64,000 nt of DNA from contig JAGVGJ010000039.1 in NCBI GenBank assembly GCA_020057115.1, positions 52,806 to 116,805 of the forward strand, written 5' to 3'. Made by a program: the position numbers and the translations under genes. The stretch comes from Candidatus Omnitrophota bacterium (lineage in GTDB: Bacteria; Omnitrophota; Gorgyraeia; 2-01-FULL-45-10). Below the pieces are notes generated by a model. The model made no database searches. It was given only the letters and a program-made list of their open reading frames with translations, and was not told the DNA's origin. Shown here one piece after another: positions 47,701 to 56,107 of the stretch (the stretch's first letter is position 1; the number at the start of each line of letters is the position of its first letter).

Positions 47701-48328
47701 AACGGCAAGCCTCATAGTGAAGGCCAGGAGGGCGTCAAGGGAAGGCAAGAAGCTTATAATCGGCATCGAGACGGACTGGATACCGGGGATCAATGATAAA
47801 TCAAGCCTCCAGCATAATACCGTAAGCCCGCTCATAAAGGCCGTAGAGGCGGTGGCAGCGACATTACGCTCTCTTAATCTTGAGGATGTCGTAGAGGTTG
47901 TGCATTCAGACGCAAAGAACCTGGCGGGAGAGATCATGAAGAGGGCTGGCAATGATACGTCAAACCTTTCGAACGTGGTGATCCTCGCCTCAAGCAATAC
48001 GGTGGATTCCCCGGGATTTGAGATATTAAAGAGCACCCCGCTGGAGGAGAGGGCTTTCATAGCCGCGGTAGATACGACCGAGCTCGAAAAATGGTATAAA
48101 GAGAATGAATATTCGACCAAACAGCCGGATGTCAAGATAGTTGAGATGCTATCGATAGCCCTGGAGTTATCTGTCGGGAATATTGAATTCTCAAAATTAC
48201 CGATAGTCCTCGGTTATGATGCCGGTAAGAGGTTAGTTATATTCCTGCCCAGGGCCGTTTCCAAGGACATAGAAGAGCTTAAGAAGATCTATGATCTGCA
48301 GATAGGCGCTTTGAGAAGGATGGCATAA
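41735..48328 (+). CDS. Giant multidomain protein (2197 aa): signal/TM region, mannitol-1-phosphate dehydrogenase-like domain, HAD phosphatase-like domain, a region resembling hexapeptide/LbH repeats, P-loop nucleoside-kinase-like domain, and a C-terminal domain of unknown function
   Basis: N-terminal signal-like hydrophobic segment and a second TM segment. VIGAGRIGRGLIGKLL...NGAHAICAYLGY (MtlD family). VVWDFDNVIG...VVIDDSS (HAD motifs I and IV). VTIEGIQGAGKTY (Walker A, dNK/Tmk-like). DHVIVKGSGKIVFGKNVKLSKVIIELNG (LbH-like). Confidence 0.7.
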   Translation: MRNTIWFKTICMLLAAAFLSLDVAWAYPPDRMEPSRHNLAPESIFGERVMTDGTRARKADLLKEEELAGCVMSVAVLLFRDRTPVTRLETTLSPEFKKSIDGIDLSKVTAATIKDNKLDLIPLEDDRLIPKDQIAGIPYKKDGKYYYIQITPKGSPVAGRLIGKAWPISDMYEISVYAPDALVTMPVRSTDAGIVETAEEVARSPEAVIPPSMAPPSAPTVKMPEASRNPPGTTSYSFTFPAALAFLVPIFETAKNFIAEHPFISAGAGIAAGAVVGMLAYRKFLRMKRFAAGSFSNEKEAALTQIFDDLADVEDKTNNVTGDKKRVEAKEKTAVVIGAGRIGRGLIGKLLNDSGYKITFVNRSSGIVDALNRDGGYNLQIVGNDGSVISRRIGNVIAIAKSDTNGVTNAIYDTDTVFLAVFDQDFDDVSSVIAKGIENRLAGGVRRPINVIVVSNRFSAKHVVRDAILRHVSPMMRTDADALLGVVDTATFDIIPGIPDLLAEKDPSLIQVYSDMHLFADNSGFRGELLRLKGIDMTDNIKDIKLRKLFVYNGAHAICAYLGYLKRYEYIQEAINDPAIRGVVGAAFEEMRGLLGEWPDYDEFTRFVIARLADKRFNDKLERVAKDPIRKLSSYDRLVSPALLAIKNNKTPHAYAMGIAAALLYDDPADEEAVKMQARLAEEGGIGKVISEICGLRSQYKDEFVLIDLIRTKIAIARREKAKAELAKSMKAGIFDEDNYDKVVHVLGKVPKNVKLVVWDFDNVIGNTQKLYAEATAIVYWKIRKGIKEADAIPEDNDPVYRKGKDLYNQFLAEGPATFRTIQKAIEEVKSEKELASGLLPEAEYYKQFEAIREAMFSVLDPSDFFNPRMRELLCIVRALNPDVEFCVNTALEKSFFERQFMRPGFRGYFTSAKALSVEQRNAGNIEEAKARNLMVLLQEKGVKPEETVVIDDSSRFMNTVRMRAPDIFRIGVATDIRFGKNLIDKEVNVVFMNMKPTPEKLMMLGLNKKLLESNQDGSSVIKSVAPDVYMIRSEPKVQHDPGAIDWDIETAFSKKHGMQPVRSETARKVMEQSFEALVRKGSIKPNVIVNIKDFSPNAVAVYMSKLKEVSEYYNGNVTFVLVVENNIERFRNDMPSMFSAVAKAQAAIREAAKAKNADSEHFGTEYTMMIADGGRKMRNMPLTLAYLYEGLMPYEKDRIRLQEVFVRTGALLMQMPKCGVDDMAVVGSDSVFNSEKMVTAEGGPLASLRQRALVVPVVQYDAKEDMSTKIVRAADAQDKTQYVLVKPGKELLDKYRLKYKDSSYSGLHFLAIWKKSFLSDFLQVMQGEKMDNGDTFLELPCDMFMLFFQSVLMPEDEWAALRPSGISERDWKKARELSTRCFGQDLAQVRFVKMEAEEAFTDEGILETSLPRFSHLITDDRNVVKKSPDVDFANATAASLDHVIVKGSGKIVFGKNVKLSKVIIELNGEELNIPDNWTIVNSYLSGDCKFKECNSCVERDAAKAPRPGYILNGVFVKDGKLKPLAGMTFEDDTASTVLYTIHGEQIVVTVSIDASKAELDKMRFTKRNRSLMGLQVDADIQANIRAKDAIEKAVREEILSMPKIFPLSKDAVRKRVSIGTKKFDKPVEYAEIIKTLEDRIKRDSKGEDQYWVTIEGIQGAGKTYMINELKRVLEARGKNVVVIEEDWYHRSRMERDHEMDSLDKPEKKTRIYHAENWHKWGRLRDDIKDVKDAAMSGNEVTLTLKDLYNRDDEGQLTRVEKLAIKPGTIFIYSGFYVSDKGKVDIDSDLSIYIGINQEDSLIVKRERDKWRPRGEVWQLDDVIYRPAFEQYISTYDPAASSDIVIRFDNIDNRKKASFVMPLTKAEYKDYYDNEKKEAAKREREIQKQARSQITEKLKDMMRSSNNTKAMFEEAANRVVSLLRSESMLKGPSSDHEIKRQMTAAEIRERAEKIIVAAKAADRSRLPPDFGEYVALLKDNLERLEPDAITASLIVKARRASREGKKLIIGIETDWIPGINDKSSLQHNTVSPLIKAVEAVAATLRSLNLEDVVEVVHSDAKNLAGEIMKRAGNDTSNLSNVVILASSNTVDSPGFEILKSTPLEERAFIAAVDTTELEKWYKENEYSTKQPDVKIVEMLSIALELSVGNIEFSKLPIVLGYDAGKRLVIFLPRAVSKDIEELKKIYDLQIGALRRMA
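42254..42312 (-). pseudogene. Antisense relic fragment of an mrpD/nuoL-family gene embedded in the 5' region of the giant gene
   Basis: The minus strand reads ccggcgtcagtgctcctgacaggcatagtgaccaatgcgtcaggggcatatacgcttat, about 85% identical to 54871-54929 of the MrpD-like gene (ccggcgtcagtgctcctggcaggcatagttaccaaggtatcaggcatatatacccttat). It translates to PASVLLTGIVTNASGAYTLI versus PASVLLAGIVTKVSGIYTLI. Confidence 0.6.
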
Positions 48329-48355
48329 GTCCGTTAATTACCCCGCCAAAAAATA

Positions 48356-48383
48356 GTTGACAAAAATATATCAGGTTGTATAA
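48356..48383 (+). promoter_or_regulatory. Near-consensus sigma70 promoter upstream of hppA
   Basis: ttgaca (48356-48361), a 16-nt spacer, then tataat (48378-48383). Confidence 0.55.
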
Positions 48384-48406
48384 TACGACCTAACGCATAA
48401 GACTGT

Positions 48407-48499
48407 GATGTCTTCTAGTATAGTTATGCTAGAAGACATTTTATTTTTACTATACGGGCCTCTTTGATTAGAAGGCATATTATAGAGGCCCTGTTTTTT
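48407..48499 (+). terminator. Two tandem terminator-like hairpins in the hppA leader; a possible ~100-nt sRNA or attenuator
   Basis: Hairpin 1 is atgtcttctag/ctagaagacat (48407-48438) followed by tttatttttact. Hairpin 2 is gggcctct/agaggccc (48455-48490) followed by tgttttttt. Confidence 0.5.
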
Positions 48500-48522
48500 T
48501 AACAGATAAGGAGCGAAAGGCC

Positions 48523-50847
48523 ATGGTTTACGGACTCACATTGTTCGAGCAGGTCGCCATATGGAGCGTCTTGGGAATAGCGCTGCTAGGTCTTCTTTAC
48601 GCCCTATTCCTGCGCAAGCAGATACTTGCGGAAGATAAGGGGACTGCCAAGATGCAGGAGGTTTGGAATGCCATCCGCGAAGGCGCAGACGCCTACCTTA
48701 AGAAACAGCTAGTCTCCATCCTTCCCTTGATAGGCATACTCACATTTGCTCTATTCTTCTCAGTTTATATAGTTCCGCCTTCCCAGGAGGCCATGCAGAG
48801 GTTCGCCGGCCACTCCACAGACCAGGTGCGCCTTATTATAGGTATAGGAAGAGCCATTGCATTCATCATGGGCGCCATATTCTCACTGCTGGTCGGCCAG
48901 CTTGGCATGAGGATGGCTGTCCAGGCCAATGTCCGCGTTGCTTCAGCATCAAAAAGGTCTTTTGGGGATGCGCTGCGCATAGCCTACCGCGCGGGTACGA
49001 TCACAGGCATGTTGACTGACGGCCTGGGACTCTTCGGCGGCACCATCATATTCATAATATTCGGCATAGCTGCTCCTGATGCCCTTCTCGGTTTCGGTTT
49101 CGGCGGAACACTCTTAGCGCTCTTCATGAGGGTGGGCGGCGGTATCTTCACAAAGGCAGCTGACGTAGGCGCTGACCTCGTGGGTAAGGTCGAGGCAGGC
49201 ATACCCGAAGATGATCCGCGTAACCCGGCGGTTATAGCGGACCTTGTCGGTGACAATGTCGGCGACTGCGCAGGTATGGCAGCTGACATATTCGAATCAT
49301 ACGAAGTCACGATCGTTTCCGCCTTGATACTGGGGCTTGCGCTATACCACATCACCCATAGGCTGGAGTGGATAGTCTATCCGCTACTTGTCCGCGGCAT
49401 AGGCGTCATCTGCTCTATTATAGGTACTTATGCGGTCAGGAGCAGCCCTTCCAAGAGCGGCAATGCCATGGTCGCCATCTTTAAAGGCTTCCTGACATCG
49501 GCGGTTATTTCGATAGCTATGTTCGGCGTGCTTGCATTCTTCTATATGAAGAACACGCCGGGCGGATGGTGGAGACCGTTCCTTGCCACTACTGTCGGCG
49601 TATTATTGGCCATCATGATAGACCGCCTTACCGAATATTTCACCGGCACGCACGGAAGGCCTGTCCGTGAGATAAGAAAGTCCACCAATACAGGCGCTGC
49701 TACGACGATACTTTCAGGTCTTGCGGTGGGCCTCGAGTCTTCCGTATGGTCCATACTTGTTATTGCCGGCACGATATTCTCTTCGATATTGATATTTGGG
49801 ACTATGTCAGGGGTGAGCGGCGTAGACAGGGTTGCATACATCCTTTACGGCGTTGCGATGACCGGTATCGGCATGTTGACGCTGACAGGCAACAACGTCG
49901 CGATGGACTCATTCGGTCCCATAGCCGATAATGCTAACGGCATAGGCGAGATGGCATGGCACGGCCAGACTGACAAAGATACTAAGGATGCCCGCCAGAT
50001 CATGGCTGACCTGGACGGCGTAGGCAATACCACGAAGGCCATTACAAAGGGGGTCGCCATAGGCTCGGCCGTTATAGCTGCAGTTTCGCTATTTGGCGCA
50101 TATATGGTCGATGTCTCAAAAGTCCAGGCGGCTATGGGCGTTGCGGCGGCCGACCAGCTTAGTGCTGTCGGTATCCGCGTATCAGTTCCTCAAGTTTTCG
50201 TCGGCATGCTTATCGGCGGGGCGCTTCCGTGGTTATTCTCCTCTTTCTGCATACAGGCTGTCAGCCGCGCTGCTTCATTAATAGTGGAAGAGGTCCGCCG
50301 CCAGTTCAAGATGGGCGTCCTGGAGGGCAAAGTGAAGCCTGATTATAAACAGGCCGTTGCTATTTCCACTACCGCCGCCCAGAAAGAGCTTATAAGCCTT
50401 GCGGCGATGAGCGTCATTGCTCCGATACTCGTAGGGCTCGTTCTTCAGGTAGAGGCGCTAGGCGGATTCCTTGCAGGCATAATCCTTTCAGGCCAGCTCT
50501 TAGCGGTATTCATGTCAAATGCGGGCGGCGCGTGGGATAATGCGAAAAAGACGATCGAGGATGAACCTCGCGATACAGCCAAAAATACAGGCAAGGGTTC
50601 GGAGCGCCATAAGGCAAGCGTTGTCGGTGATACCGTTGGAGATCCGCTAAAGGATACAGCGGGCCCGGCATTGAATCCAATGATCAAGGTTGTAAACCTT
50701 GTATCGGTCATCATAGCTCCGATAGTCGTTCAGTATAACAAACTAGGTCTAGGCGGATGGCTCGTAGTCGCAGGGCTTTCGGCTGCGATGGTGTGGGCTA
50801 TAATGCATTCCAAGAAGCCGACGCCTGAATTAGCGCCGGTAAAGTAG
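48523..50847 (+). CDS. hppA: Membrane-bound H+/Na+-translocating pyrophosphatase (V-PPase)
   Basis: 774 aa, polytopic. Signature motifs GGIFTKAADVGADLVGKVE, DNVGDCAGMAAD and GDTVGDPLKDTAGPALN. SD aaggag lies 10 nt upstream. Confidence 0.95.
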   Translation: MVYGLTLFEQVAIWSVLGIALLGLLYALFLRKQILAEDKGTAKMQEVWNAIREGADAYLKKQLVSILPLIGILTFALFFSVYIVPPSQEAMQRFAGHSTDQVRLIIGIGRAIAFIMGAIFSLLVGQLGMRMAVQANVRVASASKRSFGDALRIAYRAGTITGMLTDGLGLFGGTIIFIIFGIAAPDALLGFGFGGTLLALFMRVGGGIFTKAADVGADLVGKVEAGIPEDDPRNPAVIADLVGDNVGDCAGMAADIFESYEVTIVSALILGLALYHITHRLEWIVYPLLVRGIGVICSIIGTYAVRSSPSKSGNAMVAIFKGFLTSAVISIAMFGVLAFFYMKNTPGGWWRPFLATTVGVLLAIMIDRLTEYFTGTHGRPVREIRKSTNTGAATTILSGLAVGLESSVWSILVIAGTIFSSILIFGTMSGVSGVDRVAYILYGVAMTGIGMLTLTGNNVAMDSFGPIADNANGIGEMAWHGQTDKDTKDARQIMADLDGVGNTTKAITKGVAIGSAVIAAVSLFGAYMVDVSKVQAAMGVAAADQLSAVGIRVSVPQVFVGMLIGGALPWLFSSFCIQAVSRAASLIVEEVRRQFKMGVLEGKVKPDYKQAVAISTTAAQKELISLAAMSVIAPILVGLVLQVEALGGFLAGIILSGQLLAVFMSNAGGAWDNAKKTIEDEPRDTAKNTGKGSERHKASVVGDTVGDPLKDTAGPALNPMIKVVNLVSVIIAPIVVQYNKLGLGGWLVVAGLSAAMVWAIMHSKKPTPELAPVK

Positions 50848-50863
50848 AGAGATATTTACCACG

Positions 50864-50911
50864 CTGTCATTGCGAGGAGCGAACGAAGTGAGCGACGAAG
50901 CAATCTATCAA
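50864..50911 (+). repeat. Bipartite repeat copy A, upstream boundary of the hydrogenase-2 operon
   Basis: Conserved flanks ctgtcattgcgagg ... gaagcaatctatcaa around a variable core (gagcgaacgaagtgagcgac). Copy B is at 60739-60778. Confidence 0.6.
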
Positions 50912-50916
50912 CTATC

Positions 50917-52353
50917 ATGAAGAATATGATCCTTTTGTCAGCCATATTCGTTCCGGTAATAGGTTCATTTATATTGCCTGTTATCGGAAAGATCTCTGAG
51001 CGCGCGAGAAATGGTCTCGCGCTCTGTTTTGTCCTCGTATCTTTAGTCGGATCATCACTCCTGATACCGTCTGTCCTGGCAGGCAATGCCGTTACATTCT
51101 CAAGAGCCCTGCCGGTAGGGTTCAATATGGTATTTACCGCAGACTCGCTTGCGGTATTCATGGCTATCTGTTCTTCTTTAGTGGGCGCCGTCATAGTACT
51201 GTTCTCGTTCGGTTATATAAGCCATTATGAGAACAGGAACGAATATTACCTTATGGTCGTGCTGTTCCTGGGCGCCATGATGGGGATCATATTTTCGGCC
51301 AACCTTATATGCATGTTCCTCTTCTGGGAGATAACGGCGATAGCGAGCTGGAGGCTGATAGGTTTCTTCAGGGGCAAGAACGACGTCTTGAAGGCGGACA
51401 AAGCGTTCCTTGTGACAGTATTCGGAGCGCTCGTCATGCTGCTGGGTTTTGTGCTCATCGCTCAACAGGCGGGATCGTTCGACCTCTCGGTTATAAAAGA
51501 GACATTTAAGGCAAGCCCCGTACCCGATATAGCGGTCCTGCTGATACTTATCGGCATACTCACGAAATCAGCCACATTGCCTTTCCACACATGGCTTCCG
51601 GACGCCGGCGTGGCGCCATCGCCTGTCACCGCACTCCTGCACGCCGCAGTCTTAGTCAAGATAGGCGTCTATGTATTCGCAAGGTTATTCATAGTGACAT
51701 TCACCTTTAGCCAGATGTGGCATGTGATAGTGCCGTGGATCGCCGCCTCCAGCGCTCTCGTATCGGCAGGCGCAGCGCTCATCGACACCGACTTAAAGAG
51801 GATCATAGCTTATTCTACGGTGAGCCAGATAGCTTTTATATTCCTTGGCCTTGCGATAGGCGGGCCGCTCGGGGTCGCGGGAGCGATGCTCTACATATTG
51901 ATGCATGGTATCGCCAAGGGCGGGCTATTCCTTTGCGCCGGCATAATCGAGCAGAACACGCACACGAAAGATATCACGAAGATGGGGGGGCTTGTCGCGA
52001 CGATGCCTGTCACGGCAGTGGCTTTCTTGTTCTGCGCCTTCTCAGTCATGGGCATCCCGCCGTTCGGAGGATTCTTCTCAAAGTATATGGTCATGTCGAG
52101 CGTTTTCACAAGCGGGCAAATGGCCCTGGCGTTGACATTTTTAGTCGGAGCGTTCCTGACGATACTCTACATGTTCAGGTTGTTTAATATGATATTTATG
52201 GGCGACGCTCAAGGCGCTCCTGCAAAAGAGGGGAGCCGGGTCATGGTCGTGTCTGTCGCGATACTCGGCGCCTTATCATTGCTTGGCGGATTATATATAA
52301 TCTATCCTTCAAATTATGTGCAGATAGCCGTAAAACAGATGCTCGGGATGTAA
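50917..52353 (+). CDS. MrpD/NuoN-like antiporter subunit (complex 2)
   Basis: 478 aa with FHTWLPDAGVAPSP and TVSQIAFI motifs. Confidence 0.85.
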   Translation: MKNMILLSAIFVPVIGSFILPVIGKISERARNGLALCFVLVSLVGSSLLIPSVLAGNAVTFSRALPVGFNMVFTADSLAVFMAICSSLVGAVIVLFSFGYISHYENRNEYYLMVVLFLGAMMGIIFSANLICMFLFWEITAIASWRLIGFFRGKNDVLKADKAFLVTVFGALVMLLGFVLIAQQAGSFDLSVIKETFKASPVPDIAVLLILIGILTKSATLPFHTWLPDAGVAPSPVTALLHAAVLVKIGVYVFARLFIVTFTFSQMWHVIVPWIAASSALVSAGAALIDTDLKRIIAYSTVSQIAFIFLGLAIGGPLGVAGAMLYILMHGIAKGGLFLCAGIIEQNTHTKDITKMGGLVATMPVTAVAFLFCAFSVMGIPPFGGFFSKYMVMSSVFTSGQMALALTFLVGAFLTILYMFRLFNMIFMGDAQGAPAKEGSRVMVVSVAILGALSLLGGLYIIYPSNYVQIAVKQMLGM

Positions 52354-52354
52354 G

Positions 52355-54175
52355 ATGAGACCAGAGATATTATTATTACCTATATTGATACCGTTCGCCT
52401 CAGGGGTGCTGGCGTTATTCACCTCCCGTAAGTACCGCGGCATGGTTGCCCTTATAGCCGCAGCCATGAATCTGGCGCTAGCCTGTTTCCTGTTCAAGGC
52501 CAACGTCATATTTACAGCTCCCTGGGCGGGTTTTGGTTTCGAGTTCATCTTAAGGGCATACCAGTTCTCAGGTTTTATAATCGGCGCCGCGGCATGTTTC
52601 GCGATACTCATTACCTTATACTGCACCGTATTCCTGAAGGAGAAGGCGTTCTCCAACCAGTTTTACGCGTACCTTTTGATATCCATAGCCATGCTGAACG
52701 GGGCTGTCCTGGCGGACAACCTGGTGGCCATGCTCTTCTTCTGGGAAGGCATGCTCCTGACGCTCTTCGGCCTCATCGCCATAGGAAGGCCCGGCGCATT
52801 CAAGACCGCTACGAAAGCCTTCGTGATCGTCGGCATATGCGACCTCTGCATGATGGCAGGGATAGCCCTCTCAGGCCATCTCGCCGGCACGCTCACGATC
52901 TCCAAAATAAGCCTTGATATAACCGGGCTCGGAGGGCTGGCGTTCATCCTCCTCATGATAGGCGCGATATCCAAGGCAGGCTCGATGCCATTCCACAGCT
53001 GGATACCGGATGCCGCGCTCGACGCGCCGCTTCCGTTCATGGCCATATTCCCGGGAGCTTTGGAAAAACTTATAGGGATATATTTCCTGACGAGGATATC
53101 GCTCGACATGTTTAAACTCGACCCTCATTCGTGGGTAAGCATGGTGATGATGATAGTCGGCTCCCTCACAATAGTGCTTGCCGTATCGATGGCGCTCATC
53201 CAGAAAGATTACAAGAGACTCCTCTCTTATCACGCCATAAGCCAGGTAGGATATATGATACTGGGCATAGGCACTCTCGTGCCGGCCGGCATAATCGGCG
53301 GGCTATTCCACATGCTCAATAATGCCATATACAAATCCTGCCTGTTCCTGACCGGCGGAGCGGTGGAGAAAGAGACGGGCACTACAGACCTTAAGAAGTT
53401 GGGGGGCTTGTGGAAGAAGATGCCGGTCACGTTCGCGTGTTTTGCTGTCGCGGCAGTTTCAATATCCGGCGTTCCGCCTTTCAACGGTTTCTTCTCGAAA
53501 GAGCTCGTCTACGACGGCGCTTTAGAGAGGGGAATGATATTCTATATTGCGGCGCTTTTAGGATCATTCCTTACGGCGGCGTCATTCTTAAAGCTCGGGC
53601 ATGCGGCATACCTGGGAAAGATATCTAAAGAGAATGAACGAGCGAAAGAGGCGCCCATTCAGATGCTTCTTCCCATGATAGTGATCGCGTCTTTTTGCAT
53701 CATCTTCGGCCTCTGGAATACGCTGCCCATACAGAAGCTGATACAGCCGATACTCGGCGAGAGGCTGGAGGGGCATAATTACGGAGGCTTCCCGACCAAT
53801 ATGATGCTTGTGATAGCGACGGTGGCAGTGCTATTGGCGGCGCTCATAAACCATATCTTCGGCGTGAAAAAGTCGGGCTCAGGCCTGGGCGCAGTTGACC
53901 ACATACATCATGCGCCCGTACTTTCCGGCATATACGATAAAGCAGAGAAGAGGCTCTTCGATCCTTATGCAATAGGCCTCAAGATAGTTGACGTAGTGTC
54001 GAAGATAGCCTGGTCGGTCGACAGGGGGATAGACTGGGTCTATAACGTATTTTTTGTGGATGCGGCGTTTGCCGTATCAAATGGCATAAGGAGCCTGCAC
54101 AACGGAAGCTACGCCGCGTATCTTGCGTGGTCGCTTGCGGGCGCGGGTCTAGTGATAATATTTTTGATGAGATAG
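52355..54175 (+). CDS. MrpA/NuoL-like antiporter subunit (MbhH-like, complex 2)
   Basis: 606 aa with FHSWIPDAALDAP and AISQVGYMILG motifs, and an extended C-terminus. Confidence 0.85.
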   Translation: MRPEILLLPILIPFASGVLALFTSRKYRGMVALIAAAMNLALACFLFKANVIFTAPWAGFGFEFILRAYQFSGFIIGAAACFAILITLYCTVFLKEKAFSNQFYAYLLISIAMLNGAVLADNLVAMLFFWEGMLLTLFGLIAIGRPGAFKTATKAFVIVGICDLCMMAGIALSGHLAGTLTISKISLDITGLGGLAFILLMIGAISKAGSMPFHSWIPDAALDAPLPFMAIFPGALEKLIGIYFLTRISLDMFKLDPHSWVSMVMMIVGSLTIVLAVSMALIQKDYKRLLSYHAISQVGYMILGIGTLVPAGIIGGLFHMLNNAIYKSCLFLTGGAVEKETGTTDLKKLGGLWKKMPVTFACFAVAAVSISGVPPFNGFFSKELVYDGALERGMIFYIAALLGSFLTAASFLKLGHAAYLGKISKENERAKEAPIQMLLPMIVIASFCIIFGLWNTLPIQKLIQPILGERLEGHNYGGFPTNMMLVIATVAVLLAALINHIFGVKKSGSGLGAVDHIHHAPVLSGIYDKAEKRLFDPYAIGLKIVDVVSKIAWSVDRGIDWVYNVFFVDAAFAVSNGIRSLHNGSYAAYLAWSLAGAGLVIIFLMR

Positions 54176-54185
54176 GAGACAATAA

Positions 54186-55616
54186 GTGCCGGCATTGTTT
54201 TTCTTAATACCGCTTATCGGAGTGATAACGCTGAACCTGCCGTTCAGAAAGCTGATGAAGAAGACGGCGTTCTGGTTTGCCGCGGTTCTTTTTATCTTTC
54301 AAATAGTCCTCGTCTCATCTCATCGCACAAGTTTCTGGGGGACGGGGCTAGTCCAGGGTTCCTTCTTTAACGTCAATTTTTACGTCGATCATCTAACCCT
54401 CATAATGCTTTTCTCTATCAGCATAGTTTCTCTTGCCAGCCTCCTTGTGGCCCGCGCCATGATATCCGACGAGAATAAGAGGTTTAATTTTATAAACTTG
54501 CTGATAACCGCCGCCATCGGCATGAACGGCATCGTGATGGTGAAGGACATATTCTCATTGTACGTTTTCCTCGAAGTCGCGGCCGTATCGGCGTTCATCA
54601 TGATAACCATAAATAAAGACAAGCCGGCCCTTGAAGGGGCGTTCAAATATATATTGCTCTCGGCGATAGCGACGATAATGATGCTCTCGTCGATAGGCTT
54701 ATTGCTATTGATCGCAGGCGACACTTCTTTTGGCGCGATAAGCGCGGCCATATCCTCTTCTCCACAGAGCATGCTGGTCAAGCTTGCCATGGCGATATTC
54801 CTGTGCGGGCTGTTCATAAAGGGCGGCCTCATCCCGTTCCACGGCTGGCTTCCGGACGCATACTCCGCGGCCGCAGCGCCGGCGTCAGTGCTCCTGGCAG
54901 GCATAGTTACCAAGGTATCAGGCATATATACCCTTATAAGGATAGTGACGTCACTATTCGGCTTTACCCCGGCCGTTTCAAAAGTACTCCTTCTTATCGG
55001 AGCCGCCTCAATAGTCATCGGCGCTTTTGCGGCGTTAGGGCAAAAAGATCTTAAAAGGATGCTGGCCTATTCAAGCATAAGCCAGGTGGGATACATAATA
55101 ATAGGTTTTGGCACGGGCTCAGTGCTTGGCGTAACCGGAGCGGTCTTCCATCTGTTTAACCATGCCATATTTAAATCTCTTCTCTTCGTAAATGCAGCCG
55201 CGGTTGAGAAAGAGGCTGGAACGGTAGATATGGATAGATTGGGAGGATTATCCCAGACGATGCCTATAACGGGGACGACATCCGCGATAGCGTTTCTGTC
55301 GACATCAGGCATACCGCCTCTTGCCGGGTTCTGGTCAAAGGTCATAATAATAATCGCGCTCTGGCAGGCGGGATATATAGCTTATGCGGCAGTTGCGGTC
55401 CTGACGAGCGTCCTGACCGCGGCATATCTTATTACGATGCAGAGGAAGGCATTCTTTGGCAATATCGCCCCAGGCTTGGAAAGGACTAAAGAGGCTCCTC
55501 TGGCCATATGCGTCGCTTCGATAATACTTGCGGCAGTTACGGTAGGCGTCGGCGTATTCTTCCCGTTCGTCTTTAATAATTTTATTATGCCTGTAAAAGA
55601 AATATTGATAAAATGA
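54186..55616 (+). CDS. MrpD/NuoN-like antiporter subunit (complex 2), source-like copy of the antisense relic at 42254-42312
   Basis: 476 aa with a GTG start. FHGWLPDAYSAAAAPASVLLAGIVTKVSGIYTLIRI. Confidence 0.85.
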   Translation: MPALFFLIPLIGVITLNLPFRKLMKKTAFWFAAVLFIFQIVLVSSHRTSFWGTGLVQGSFFNVNFYVDHLTLIMLFSISIVSLASLLVARAMISDENKRFNFINLLITAAIGMNGIVMVKDIFSLYVFLEVAAVSAFIMITINKDKPALEGAFKYILLSAIATIMMLSSIGLLLLIAGDTSFGAISAAISSSPQSMLVKLAMAIFLCGLFIKGGLIPFHGWLPDAYSAAAAPASVLLAGIVTKVSGIYTLIRIVTSLFGFTPAVSKVLLLIGAASIVIGAFAALGQKDLKRMLAYSSISQVGYIIIGFGTGSVLGVTGAVFHLFNHAIFKSLLFVNAAAVEKEAGTVDMDRLGGLSQTMPITGTTSAIAFLSTSGIPPLAGFWSKVIIIIALWQAGYIAYAAVAVLTSVLTAAYLITMQRKAFFGNIAPGLERTKEAPLAICVASIILAAVTVGVGVFFPFVFNNFIMPVKEILIK

Positions 55617-56107
55617 CCATCGATCTTATATTGCTCGTAATGATGACGATCGCGGCCCTCTGGGCCGTAATGGCGCGCAGCCTGTTAAAAGCGGCCATCG
55701 CGCTTGCTGTCACAAGCGCCGTAGTCACGATAATCATGTTCCGCCTCGCCTCGCCGCTTGCGGCAGTATTCGAGCTCTCCGTCTGCACGGGCCTCATAAC
55801 GGCGATATTTGTCAGCGCCATAAGCCTGACCAGGCCGCTTACCCACGCGCAGACGATAGCGATGTCAAAGAATAAGTTCAGGAGGTATTGGTATCTCCCG
55901 GTCATCATGGTCATCGCGGCCGCGGCGCTATTTCTCCTTAAGATCAAGGTCGATGTGCCGCTTCCTCAAGTTCTGGCTATCGACGATGTCCGCAATATCA
56001 TGTGGAACTTAAGGCAGCTCGACATGTACGGCCAGATAGTGCTCATCCTTGCGGGTTCGTTCGGCATAGTGATACTTTTTAGAGAGAGCGACAAAGATGG
56101 AAGCTAA
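55613..56107 (+). CDS. MnhB-domain membrane subunit (MbhD/E-like)
   Basis: 164 aa hydrophobic protein, in the same position as the MnhB-domain subunit in complex 1. Confidence 0.55.
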   Translation: MTIDLILLVMMTIAALWAVMARSLLKAAIALAVTSAVVTIIMFRLASPLAAVFELSVCTGLITAIFVSAISLTRPLTHAQTIAMSKNKFRRYWYLPVIMVIAAAALFLLKIKVDVPLPQVLAIDDVRNIMWNLRQLDMYGQIVLILAGSFGIVILFRESDKDGS

